This document shows positions 13,111-25,716 of a stretch of 56,282 bases of DNA, piece by piece. The DNA comes from Rotaria socialis (Eukaryota). The position numbers were made by a program, and so were the translations under genes. The notes beneath the pieces are model-generated. The model made no database searches. It worked only from the letters and a program-made list of their open reading frames with translations, and was not told the DNA's origin. The DNA lies in assembly GCA_905331295.1 (NCBI GenBank), contig CAJNYD010000003.1, positions 155,046 through 211,327 on the forward strand, in the 5' to 3' direction. Position 1 is the stretch's first letter, and the number at the start of each line of letters is the position of its first letter.

Positions 13111-13240
13111 CTCGGCACTACGACGCTTCGCTCGGTACTATGACGCTTCGCTCGGCACTACGACGCTTCGCTCAGCACTATGACGCTTCGCTCGGCACTA
13201 TGACGCTTCGCTCGGTACTATGACGCTTCGCTCAGTACTA
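13111..13240. repeat. 20-bp minisatellite, ~6.5 copies
   Basis: Unit ctcggcactaYgacgcttcg in direct tandem with no spacers. Confidence 0.95.
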
Positions 13241-13568
13241 AAAAAATCTAGAAACCAATTTTCAACAAAATTCTTTTTTTCTCCGAGTTTAATGAATTTG
13301 TGTAAAATTGGTCCGAAAGTCCGGTCTCCTTTGCCTAATACTATTATGGAAAATTTCGTTGATGATAAGTTAAAGTCTATTTCATAATCGGCTAATCAAC
13401 AAATGTTCTATACAATTATTTAATAAGAAGCTAAGAGGGAAAAAAAGATTTTTTTTCTTTTATATATAATAGCCAACAACAATATATAGAATGGACGAAC
13501 AGAGAAAAAATATATATGTATATATATATATAGACATGTATATAAAAAAGGCCGTGACTTTTAAAATC

Positions 13569-15935
13569 TTATGTTGTTGTTGTTGTTGCTGATGCAATGA
13601 TTGTATCAGCTTGTTGTTGTTGTTGGTTAATTGAAAGAGTATCAAAATTTAAGTTCGTTACGTCAACATCACTTTGTGTTCCTTCTTGATTGTTTTTATT
13701 ATTAACATTAGCATCATCGTCTTCATCAGGTAAAAATTTGATTTGTTCCCGTGGTGCTAATGTATCCGAATCAGGTGGATATGGCCATTGATTAGCGCGA
13801 CGTGTTGAAGGATTTTTTACACATGCAAGACCTTGAAATACGCGAACATTATCAAGAAATTCATTTGGAATTTTAGGTGTTGGTCTACAGAAGCAAAGAA
13901 AACATAGATGAGTACAATAAAATGCATGATTTTGTTTTACCTAGCTGTAGGTTTAGTCCATTGTTTAGGCATATCTGACAAAAGTTTAAGTGGCGTTATA
14001 GGAATGGGTACACTCGATAACGATGACATTGAATTGTTAAGATCTCCGACTTTAGGATCCATTGGCTAAATTTAATTTAGAAAAAAAAATTGAATTTCAA
14101 GGAAATATCAATATGATAAATTTTTGATTTACTGGATTTGCAAATTGTGTTTCAACTGATTGATAATTAAAACAACACTGAGGATCATTTTTATATAATA
14201 GATGTAGAGTACCTAAGACAAAAATGTAATTGTAATATCGACGACGATTTTCTTTTACAAATTCTATTACCAGTTGAATGTCCGAATGCTGTACAATGCA
14301 TACTTGTTGATACACTAAATGTTGATATTATACCAGCTGGATTCGTTGTAAGATTAATAATCGGAGAATATGGTTGAGTTAAGCCTCCAGTCAAATCAAC
14401 TTGTGTATGATGCCCTTGCTATGAGAAATATAAAAACAAAGAATCATTTCATGAAGTCGAATTCTCTTTTTTAAAAGAAAAAATCTTCTGAGCAAGTGAT
14501 GCACTTTCCGTAGTCAAGATTTTGATCTTCACGCAGATACAAATGTTATTTACATTACGTTGTCCAATGAAATTCTGTTACTTTTAAAGTTTAGCATACG
14601 ATACAACTCCAAAACAACATGAACCTATTAGAAATCTTTTCCGCTAGTAATTTAATGCAGCTAACGAACATAGATTATAGCTTCAATGTGTGTTATGATA
14701 ACAAATGTTTCGTAGAATATTTACTTGAGATGCAACCATAACTGAAGTACTTGTCATGGTATGATAATGCAAGAAACATGGATCAACAAAAACAGGTACC
14801 GGCGCTAATTGTTGCATATTTCTTAGATCATAAACAACAAGAAATCGATCAAGATTCATATGGTCCATTCTGAAGAGAAGAAAAAAAGAAAAATTACAAA
14901 ATACATTTATTTTCGTATAGATCTTACTTTCGTGTAAAACCGCACGTCACTAAATACATATTATTAATATCCAAATCTGATAAACTACCGTGGTGCGGAG
15001 TAAAACGTTGTATGACTTGAAGTGAATTAGGATCGCGTAGATTAACAACACCATTTGTTGAGCCCGTTGCAATAAAATTTCTCGTACAATATTTTAATAT
15101 AATACAGTCGCCTTCATCAAGTGATACCTCGAAGAAGAAGAAGAAATAAACAAACAGTTGAGAATTATTTGCTTTTGTATTACTTGTCGAAGTAATATTT
15201 TTTTATCAAAATCCATTTCACATAATTGTCCACCATAACCGCCGAGATAAATTTTCTTTTGTTTATGAGATTGTGGCATTAACATGCATTGCATATTATC
15301 AAGATAAGGAGCTCTACACGAAAGAATAAGTATCACATAGCAATAAAATCGAACCAACTAATAGTAATTACCTATGATTAAATATATTTAAACCTTGTCT
15401 TGTATATAATGAAAGCGAATCAGACGTAAGAATAAGTGGCCCTTCTGTTATTGATAATATACTGCGAATGTCCGATGTTGTCGATACACGAAAACCGGTA
15501 TATTTACGAAGTTCACAGCCATAAAAAGATGCTACACGACCCTTAATTATCATAAAAATAAAAGTACATATCGAATGATGTATTAACCGCAGTTTAAAAA
15601 TGACCTCAAACATTGATAGAAAAGAATTATTTTAGGATTTTTCTTGAAAGTTCATCATGATCTCTTCAAAAATATGTTTGAGTAGTAAAATCAGAGACTA
15701 CTAGATCTTTTGATCTATCCATAAGAAAAAAATAACCCTTTTCTAGTTTTATTCTCAACATTTATTCAATAATCAATCACTATACCTCATTACTTCCAGC
15801 CCAGAGTAATTCTTGGGCAATATCGAATTCGGTTGCTGTAATCGATTGTGCACTCGTTGGATTATAAGCACTATTGAAAAATGCCATGGATTCCGAATAA
15901 TCCATCGCATAATGTGAATCATTAGTACCATCCAT
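13569..15935 (-). CDS. PAN2: PAN2 deadenylase N-terminal half only (WD40 + PAN3-binding linker), 9 exons
   Basis: FDIAQELLWAGSNEGRVASFYG, GSTNGVVNLRDPNSL, HHGSLSDLDINNMYLVTCGF, DRFLVVYDLR, LLSDMP, KNPSTRRANQWPY. All 8 introns are phase-compatible. TAA at 13569-13571 follows a Q/T-rich tail. Confidence 0.85.
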
Positions 15936-16115
15936 ATCTAAAAACTTTTGTTCATCAATACAGCATCGACAAATATGAAAAGAAAACAACAACAACAACG
16001 AAGGAAAAAAACCAAGATATCTGCATCGGTCAATCTATCTATGAAAAATAGTTGAAAACGAAATTTGTAAGAATAAAAAACAAGGGTCCATAAGCGTTTT
16101 TCTCGTGTTGTTGTT

Positions 16116-16641
16116 TTAATAATGTTCTTCAATTGGATTTCCTTCGCCGACAAGACCATGTTCAATCATTGCTTTTTGTCGAAGTTTTTCAATGCGTCCT
16201 TTTTTTTCGATATCTTCTTTTTGTAGTTTAAGTATTTCTTCAATTGTTACTTCAATAAGTGGTACACGTAATGGTTGATGAAAATCTAATTCACCAATGA
16301 ATAAAACATTTTCACCACGAATTACAAATAGACCACGAGGAATGTCCGCATACTGGTGGCCAATACAAATACGTTCAAATGCTTGATGCAATACAAGATT
16401 ACCTACAAGAAAACAATAGCGAATAGACCATTCATCGTAACCTTTATCCCTACCAAACTGATCAAGACTTCTTAAAAACGCAATCAATGTTCGGCCGTCC
16501 CGTAACATAACCATTAACTGTTCTACGTAAATATGTATCATATGTATGAATTCATTTTATTTATTTCTTACTATCAATATCACCAATTAATGCTGCCATG
16601 CCAGATAGATAATAATCATTATTGACAATACTTAAATCCAT
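16116..16641 (-). CDS. LSM1: Sm-like protein LSm1 (3 exons)
   Basis: AALIGDIDKQLMVMLRDGRTLIAFLRSLDQFGNLVLHQAFERI...IPRGLFVIRGENVLFIGELD. Confidence 0.95.
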
Positions 16642-16933
16642 TTATTTTTGATTACTATTTAAAAATAATCTGAAGAAAAAAAACCAGCCAATGATATTTC
16701 AGTATAGCTCTGTAGTATGACATTGAAATAAATTCGAAACTCGTATCATATGAAAACTTCTTTCTTTTTTATTCATTCAATATTTCGATTAAACGTTAAT
16801 AAAACTAAATAAAACGACTAGAATATTTTATGTTGGAAAAGTGCTTGGGCGTAAAAGCATAGGAAAAAAGCAGTTCCTTGAAAGCAAAATAGACGCTTGC
16901 TACATTCTAGATGAGATTATTGAATATGACTGT

Positions 16934-19900
16934 TTAATAACGGCTAATATCTCGTCCGTATAATTGCGTACGAACCCAATCAAATGCCAGTAATGTTTTT
17001 GTTCGGCCAGTAAACATTTCGGTGAAATAAAATGATTTCCAGAGATAAGCTGCACCACGTCCTGATAATGGTTTTAACCTGAAAATATCCAAAATTGGTC
17101 TTGCTCCAGTAAAATCAACTACAGCCGAATCGCCACCAACGTATGCCAATGAACCCATATGTTTATAACGGAATGGTTTTATATCATGTTTTTGATAATT
17201 TTCTATATTCAAATCCGGTAATTCATTCAGTAAATCAGCTAAATAACGACCTTCTTGTGACGCAACTTGTGCCGTTGCTGGTAGCGCCCGAAGTTTTGTA
17301 TCAGCTTTTTCGAGTGCTGAATGTAATGTTGTCAGTGTTAGAAAACCTAACTTGTCTTCATCAGCTTCCGCAAATATTTTTTCAATTCTCGCCGAGAAAA
17401 TTTCAAGCTAGAAAAGAAATACAAAAATTTATTTCTTAGATCTGCTCGTCGCTAAGAACAAAATTTATTCACAAAAAGAAGCACTGCCAGAGTTTGCTTT
17501 GAAATAAAGGCGGGACTAAAATCGATAGAAGCGCTGTCAACTATTTTCGATACCTGTGGAAATTCATGAGTTTTCTTTTCAACTAATGTTCTAAATTGTT
17601 GTAGATCGAGTGCTCCTCGATGTTGCGTATCTGCTTCTTCGAATAGCAATTGAATACGATCAACTAATTTTGGTTGTTCGATCGTAGCGCAATCACCAAT
17701 AGCGAACAATGAACCATCGTGAACACCTTTGACGCGTAAATGTTGATCGGTCAGAATACCCATTCGATTACTTTGTGTATTCAAGCCGATTATTTCTCGA
17801 ATTCGATTGGTTAATCGTCGCGGTTTAATTCCTGTTGCCCAGACAACAACAGAACACGGAATCGATTGTTGTTCATTGGAACCTTTTGCCTGTATAACAA
17901 CTTCATGTTGTTTAATAGCTTTGACAAATGTATTCATGAGTACTTCGATATTTTCACGATGGAAATGTTTTTCAGTAAAATCACTGATTTCTTTATCCTA
18001 GACAAATAAAGGATAGTTTTAAAATTAAAGAAAGTACAACACAATTAACAAACCATCATCGATAAAACATGATCGAGTGCCTTCAATTAATGTTATTTTA
18101 ACATCATTAGCAACTAAACGTGGATAAAAATGATGAAGATCTTCACGAACTAAATCCGAAAGCTAGAAATAAAAAAAAACAATTATATTTAAAGACCATG
18201 CAACTTGCATTTCTACTGTCCGATTAAATGTTCTAGAAGCCTGATTACTTTGATATTTAGTACTGCTCTCTGTTTCACATGCAATAAACCATACGCATAA
18301 AGTTAGAAGGAGTCAATAAAATTTTATTAGTGGTTGAGAGGATGCTTGTTAAGACAAATATTTACAATGGAATCACTGATGGAAACAATTAGAGGCCAAC
18401 GAAAAACATTGACGGCGAGTTCTATTGAATTATTTATTGTAAAAAATAATTCAAAATTTAGATATGTGTTGTTCATTAAGAATCAATTATAGTAGCCTAC
18501 GAAAACCAGGTTACTCAACTTTTTTTCTCTTGGAATCTAAATTAATTCGCACTGAGAAGAATCTTGTTTATAATTCTTATCGCACGTACCATGAATCTTA
18601 TTCTAACCAGAAGATAATACTGGGAATAAATAGTTAACTTCCATGTCATGTCATGTCAAAGATATATTGAGGTCAGGGTCACCTAGTGCATATCTAGTTT
18701 AATAGAACTCATGTATAGCTTTCTGTTGTTGTCAAACGACTTCATATGTCGTCGTTGTTTTACATGAGAGAAGCCGTATGATAAACGATAATGACCTTCA
18801 ACCATTAATTGAATAGTCAAAATAGCTTTTTTTCTTCTGGTTTTCGCATCTTACTTCAGCAGCGAATTCAACACCTGTTGGTCCACCACCGACAACAACA
18901 AAATGTAGAAGACGTTTTCGTTCTTCTGGTGTCTGCGATGGTGTCATAGCTGATTCAAATGCATCACTAATCGCGGAACGAATACGTCGAGCATCGAGAA
19001 TTTCTTTGAGAAAGTGAGCATGTTCTTCAACACCGGGAATATTAAATGTATTATTCTCTGAACCAATAGCAACAATAAGAATATCATATTTCATATCAAA
19101 TTGAGGTCGTGTTCGAGCTAAGCAGAATCAACTGAATAATTTCAAAAATTGCTTTTGCTTCTTTTTCTCCTACCAGAATCTTTAATAATTCTTGATGATG
19201 CACCGCCTTCGCGTTTCGATGGTACATAGATTGCTTTAACGTCATCGCCCCGAGATACGACATCTGTGCCATCACTATTGCATGTGATTAATTTTTCTTT
19301 TGGATTGACATTAACACATTGTGCTTCAACATATTTTACTTTTGGTCCAACAAGTGAACGAATAGACTCAATGACTGTTCGAGTTTCGACTGTACCAACA
19401 CTAACCGATGGTAATAAAGGCGTCATTAGAAAATAATTACGTGGCGATACACAAACAACTTCATATTTATCACTGTCAATATGTTTTAAAAATGGTACGG
19501 CACCCCAACCTAGAAACCAAACGGAAAATTTAAAGAGAAAAACGAATTTCGTTTGTACTCACCTGTTCCAAGAATCACTACACGTGGTTTTGTACCGATT
19601 GAATTATCCGAATCGGTCATATCTTTAAACCATTTATAATTACGATTAGCGCGATAGCCATAGTAAGTTCCACAACCAACAACAGTGACGATTAAAAGAT
19701 TTCTTAATCGTCGCTTTAATTTCGTTCCTAAATTTTTTCAAATGAAAAGACAAAGAGCAACTTTAGTCTATGCAAAAAGACAAATATCCATCATATACCG
19801 AAATTTTCCTTCGCTGTATGTCGGCTAAACCAAGCAAGATTTCGAATAATAATTGGTTTTACATCTTTCAATTGTTTAAATGAGAAATTTCTAGTTGAAC

Positions 19901-19946
19901 TTCTCATTAGTAATTTTTGACATAATAAATTCGATCGTGAAAACAT
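16934..19946 (-). CDS. Type II (alternative) NADH:quinone oxidoreductase, EF-hand (NDB/NDE-like) class, 7 exons; apparent +1 frameshift at ~18080
   Basis: Mitochondrial-type N-terminus, KPRVVILGTGWGA, SPRNYFLMTPLLPS, VVGGGPTGVEFAAE, FAIGDCA, two EF-hand-like segments, LPATAQVASQEG, PFRYKHMGSLAYVG, GRDISRY. Confidence 0.92.
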
Positions 19947-20286
19947 TACAATGACTCTCAGAGTAATCGACTGTTTCAAGGCGCGGAAACGAGCATGCGC
20001 ATTTCTTTTTCTGTATGTACTGTAAAAATCGATTTGATTAGTTGAAAATTTCGTCAATCATAAACAATCGTGCGATCCTGCTGACATCTTTTCTGCTTTC
20101 AAAATTAAATCAAAAGCTTTTGTATAAAAGTTTTTCTATTACAAAAAATTAATTTCTTACACATGTTTTATTTTTCGTAGGAATGAGAAAATCATTTGAA
20201 TGGTTAGAATTTCATTCGTTTATCTATAAAAATACAAAACACTCACCGTGCAAGTTTATTTCATTGCTTGCAAGCTTCGCAAGAAC

Positions 20287-23200
20287 ATGTATTCAAGCAA
20301 TGATCAATCTGAAATGGAAAACGATGATGATGGAGATATTACAACTGAATTGTGGCAAGAAGCTTGTTGGACAGTTATATCCTCCTATTTCGATGAAAAA
20401 GGTCTTGTTCGACAACAACTCGACTCATTTGATGAGTTTATTCAAATGTCAGTTCAACGTATTGTCGAAGATTCACGTCCAATTGAATTACAAGCTCAAT
20501 CACAATACACCGCTTCATCAAAAGATGTGCCCTACAAATGTACAATTAAATTTGAACAAATTTATTTGTCAAAACCTATTCATCGCGCTGATGAAGGTAC
20601 AGTCTATTTATGGCCAAATGAGGCACGATTGAGAAACTTAACATATGCTGCACCATTATATGTTGATTTAAAACGAACTATCCAAAGAGATAACGATCCT
20701 GCTGGAGAGAAAAAACTTGATAAAGTACACATTGGTGATATACCAATTATGTTACGTTCAGCTTATTGTCTTCTGTCGGAAATGACGGATCGTGATCTGA
20801 CAGAACTTAATGAATGTCCATTGGATCCTGGTGGTTATTTTATTATTAATGGTAGTGAGAAAGTGCTAATTGCACAGGAGAAAATGGCAACAAATACAGG
20901 TTGAAAAGATCATAGTCATAATTTATTGTGTTTATTTTAAATAATCTTTATTGTTTTAGTTTATGTATTTTCCATGAAAGACTCCAAATATGCATATAAA
21001 TGTGAAGTTCGTTCCGTATTGGAAAATTCTAGTCGACCAACAAGTACACTCTGGGTTAATTTAATGGCAAAGGGTGCACAGGTAGCTTACGTTTTTTTTA
21101 CTGCACTCAAAAAATTTTCCTATGAACAAAAACACAACGTTCTCATATTCCTTGTAAAATACGTTTTATACAACTATTTACTTGTTTAGGGTGGAAAAAA
21201 AAGTGCTATTGGTCAGCCTATTATTGGTATATTACCATATATAAAACGGGAAATTCCCATAATGATTGTTTTTCGCGCACTTGGCCACGTTTCTGATCGT
21301 GATGTTCTCGAACATATCATCTATGATTTTGATGATATGGAAATGATGGAAAAAGTAATTGTTCAATGGTTAATAGGAAAATAGTTCCTTTTGTTTTCTC
21401 TTCCGGTTCTAGGTTAAACCATCACTCGATGAAGCTTTTGTTATTCAAGACGATAAATTGGCACTTGATTTTATAGGTGCACGTGGTAGTCACGCTGGTG
21501 TTCCACGTGAGAAACGTATACGTTACGCTAAAGATATATTACAAAAAGAAATGCTACCACATATTGGTATAACACAACATTGTGAAACGAAAAAAGTCTA
21601 TTTTCTTGGTTATATGGTTAATCGTTTGTTATCAGCTGCATTGGGTCGTCGAGAATTAGACGATCGCGATCACTTAGGAAATAAACGTTTAGATTTAGCC
21701 GGTCCATTATTGTCATTTTTATTTCGTGGTTTATTTAAACGTTTAATCAAATATATAACAGCTGCTGGACAAAAAGCTGTTAATCGTAGTCGTGATGTAG
21801 GCGAATGGGTTGTTCGATCCGATATCATAACACAAGGTTTAAAATATTCATTGGCAACCGGTAATTGGGGTGATCAAAAGAAAGCACATCAAGCTCGAGC
21901 TGGTGTCAGTCAAGTATTGAATCGTTTAACTTACGCATCAACATTATCACATTTGCGACGAGTCAATTCGCCGATTGGTAGAGATGGAAAATTAGCTAAA
22001 CCACGTCAATTACATAATACACTTTGGGGAATGATTTGTCCAGCTGAAACACCTGAGGGACATGCTGTTGGTTTAGTTAAAAATTTAGCGCTTATGGCGT
22101 ATATTTCTGTTGGTTCACAGCCGCAACCGATTTTAGAGTTTCTTGAAGAATGGTCAACAGAAAATATGGGTAAGTTGATAAGATTTTCTTTGTTTCATTT
22201 CGTAAAGATATTTTCTTTTTTTCTTCATAGAGGAAATTACACCGTCAAGTATTCGAACTGCTGCAAAAATCTTCGTTAATGGCTGTTGGATTGGTATTCA
22301 TCGTGATCCCGATCAATTAATGAATACACTTCGTCGTTTACGTCGTCAATGTGATATTATTGTTAACGAAGTTTCAATGGTACGAGAGATTCGTGAACGT
22401 GAAATTCGTATCTATAGTGATGCCGGTCGTATCTGTCGTCCACTGATGATCGTTGAAAAACAAAAATTATTATTAAAACAACGACATGTTGATCTACTTA
22501 AAGAACGTGAATATACGAATTTCGGGTAAACTCTTTACGAAAATTATTTTCCATTGAAACAAATTTTTCTTCCTTACAGTTGGCAAAATTTAGTTGCCGA
22601 AGGTGTTGTAGAATTTATTGATTGTCTAGAAGAAGAAACGAGTATGATTGCTATGGTACCGGAAGATTTAAAACCCAAAGGAGAATCACCATACTGTTCA
22701 ACATATACACATTGTGAAATTCATCCATCGATGATATTAGGTGTTTGTGCAAGTATCGTACCGTTTCCTGATCATAATCAATCGCCACGTAATACATATC
22801 AATCTGCTATGGGTAAACAAGCTATGGTAAATGAACTATATAAAATAAGAAGATATATTAAGAATTTGTTTTTTTTTCTCAAGGGCGTTTATATAACAAA
22901 TTTTCATATTCGAATGGATACACTTGCACATGTATTATTTTACCCTCAAAAACCGTTAGCTGCAACGCGAGCTATGGAATATCTTCGTTTTCGAGAGTTA
23001 CCCGCTGGTAGAAGAAAAATCTTGAAAGTTCTTCGAAAACTTTGATTATTTTTGTTTTCAGGTATTAATGCTATTGTTGCGATTGCAACTTACACTGGTT
23101 ATAATCAAGAAGATTCAATTATTCTCAATTGGAGTTCAGTTGATCGAGGCTTTTTTCGGTCGGTTTTCTGGCGTTCATATCGTGAAGCCGAAAGTTCGCA

Positions 23201-24985
23201 AGGTGATCAACATAAAGAAACAATCGAAAAACCACAACGTACATCATGTGCTGGAATGCGCAATGCTATCTATGATAAACTTGACGACGACGGAATTATT
23301 TCGCCTGGTGTTCGTGTTAGCGGGGATGATGTTCTTATTGGCAAAACAGTCACTTTACAAGATACAGAAGATGATGTAAGTTAAGAAATATATTCTCCGG
23401 ATTAATAAGAATAAATGCTCTTAGTCGAGCAGTTGGAGTTAAGCACCCCTCATGATGACGTGATTTTGTGAATAATAGTTTTTTTTTTCTTTAAATTTAA
23501 TATCATTCAAATACTATTTATCTATTTTAGTTAAACAGCAAAACAAAAAAATTCCTTAAAAAGGATGCTAGTGTATTTATGCGTGCAAGTGAAACCGGTA
23601 TTGTCGATCAAGTAAGTGTCCACTTTTTGGTTTTGAGCCTTTAAAAATATGAATTTTGTTTTTTCTTTTATAGGTACTTCTATCCATCAATGATGAAGGT
23701 TATAAATTTGTGAAAATCAAAGTTCGAACATTGAAAATTCCACAAATTGGTGATAAATTTGCTAGTCGACATGGTCAAAAAGGAACATGTGGAATACTTT
23801 ATCGCATGGAGGTACGAAACAACAAAATAGTTCACATGATTAGATCCATGCTGATGCGTGGTTCGAATCTACACATAAGAGTAAAATGCGAGACAAAGAT
23901 GGATGAATCACGACATCCTAACGTTCGAAGTTCATCATGGCTGTTCTCGTAAAACATGATTCCTTGTAAACCACTAATCGACTGATTCATAGTCGCTTTA
24001 GTCACCTTTTCTCGGAAACAATTGTGCTCTCCTAGCTTCTTATTGAGAATAAGAAAACGAAATAAGTTTCTATTACTCCTTATTTTCGTTTCTGAATTCT
24101 CAGAAATTAACTGTACCTTACATAGCCCCATATAAGCTCTATTTCTACTTATATTAGGTACTTTGTGATGTAACATCTTTTTTTGTTTGAAATATCTTTC
24201 TAGGATATGCCATTTACTGCTGAAGGTATAACGCCAGATTTAATTATCAATCCTCATGCTATTCCATCGCGTATGACAATTGGACATTTAATTGAATGTT
24301 TACAAAGTAAAGTAGCAGCGAATAAAGGTGAAATCGGGGATGCCACACCATTTAATGATAATGTCAATGTTAAACATATGTCTGAAATGTTACATGAGTA
24401 TGGCTATCATTTACGCGGCAACGAAGTTATGTATAATGGAATGACCGGACGAAAACTGAATTGTCAAATCTTCTTGGGACCAACTTAGTAAGTAGTTTCG
24501 GAGTGTTTTGTTTTTGCTGACGAGAAAATTTCTTTGATTTAGTTATCAACGTCTCAAACATATGGTTGATGATAAGATTCATTCGCGTGCTCGTGGTCCA
24601 GTACAAATTCTTAATCGACAACCGATGGAGGGACGATCACGAGATGGTGGTTTACGTTTCGGAGAGATGGAGCGTGATTGTCAAATATCGCATGGTGCAG
24701 CACAATTTCTTAAAGAACGCCTTTTTGAAGTATCGGATCCATATCGAGTCCATGTTTGTAATATTTGTGGTCTTTTGGCCGTGGCAAACTTAGCCGAAAA
24801 GACATACAATTGTAAAGGATGTACAAATACAACTCAAGTAAGTTGATCTATTCAAAGACAATATGAATTTCTTCACTTTACTTCTATTTGAATAGATATC
24901 ACAAGTGCGTTTACCATATGCATGCAAACTTCTATTCCAAGAACTCATGGCAATGAATATTGCGCCTCGTATGATGGTCGATTAA
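20287..24985 (+). CDS. RPB2: RNA polymerase II second-largest subunit (multi-exon)
   Basis: [68 protein letters not shown] and C-terminal MAMNIAPRM. Confidence 0.99.
23832..23959 (+). ncRNA. Candidate intronic box H/ACA snoRNA/scaRNA 1
   Basis: Hairpin (tagat/atcta; ccatgc-tgat-gcgtgg), H box AGAGTA 23878-23883, second hairpin (tgcgagaca...tgttctcgta; gatgaa/ttcatc), ACA 23954-23956. Lies in an enlarged RPB2 intron. Confidence 0.65.
24043..24178 (+). ncRNA. Candidate intronic box H/ACA snoRNA 2
   Basis: Long hairpin tgagaat..gaaaacgaaataag / cttattttcgtttc..attctca, H box AAATTA 24104-24109, second hairpin (atataag/cttatat), ACA 24173-24175. Confidence 0.55.
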
Positions 24986-25716
24986 GTTATTTTTTGTTGT
25001 AGTTGTCGATTGTGTAAATAAGCAACTTCAAGTTTGAAGAAATTTGAAGATAAAAAAATGAATTAAAAAAAACAAAATCTCATTTGATCGTTCATGACTT
25101 GTTGTTTTTTTTATTGTATTAAACTTCGAAGAAAAAAAGCTAATTTTTTAGAAAAAAAAAACGTGCATTTTTTTTTTACATATCAATATGAATTAGTGAG
25201 AAGAAATTTTTTGTACCAGATACAAAAATTTTCCCTTTTGTGCTTTTCTCAATGGTATAAAAATAAAGCCTTCGAAGAAGTGCTACACGAGTCTTAGAGA
25301 ACATACTCATTTCGAGTTATTTTCTAGTAAAAAATTGTTTTCCTGTTGAGATGATGGAATGTTTTGAAATTGTGTTCGAGAGTAATCTCTAATATATAAG
25401 TACAAGCTAAATTAAGGAACGTGAAGATTATTTAGCTGCATATTTATCAGGAAACTTGATCGCTTCGTCGTTGTTTTTAATATTAGTTGAGCTTTGCTCG
25501 CCTGATCAAATGATATAAAAGTATTACAATAGTACATAATTCTTTTCTACCGTAATTCGATTTTCATTGATTTTTAATTAGGCAGATCATGTGATTTTGT
25601 CAAGTACTCTACATAGAGAGGCCCTATTTAAATAATCGTGTTTCTTGAAGCAGCCATTCCCTTCCTACTTACTCAAACTATTCAACTGCAACGTATACCT
25701 TATTTCTACATGCATA

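Noticed and set aside
13111..13240. CRISPR-like regular repeat
   Set aside because: The 20-bp units are contiguous with no unique spacers, there are no cas genes, and the context is eukaryotic. It is a minisatellite.
16404..16455. Apparent insertion in LSm1 (RDKGYDEWSIRYCFLV)
   Set aside because: It is an in-frame, stop-free GT-AG intron.
23377..23530. C-box-like ATGATGA in another enlarged RPB2 intron
   Set aside because: No downstream CTGA D box or terminal stem could be found within the intron.
24486..24488. Apparent premature TAG in RPB2 after IFLGPT
   Set aside because: The codon is split by an intron (TA|gtaagt...ag|T = Tyr), restoring GPTYYQRLKHM.
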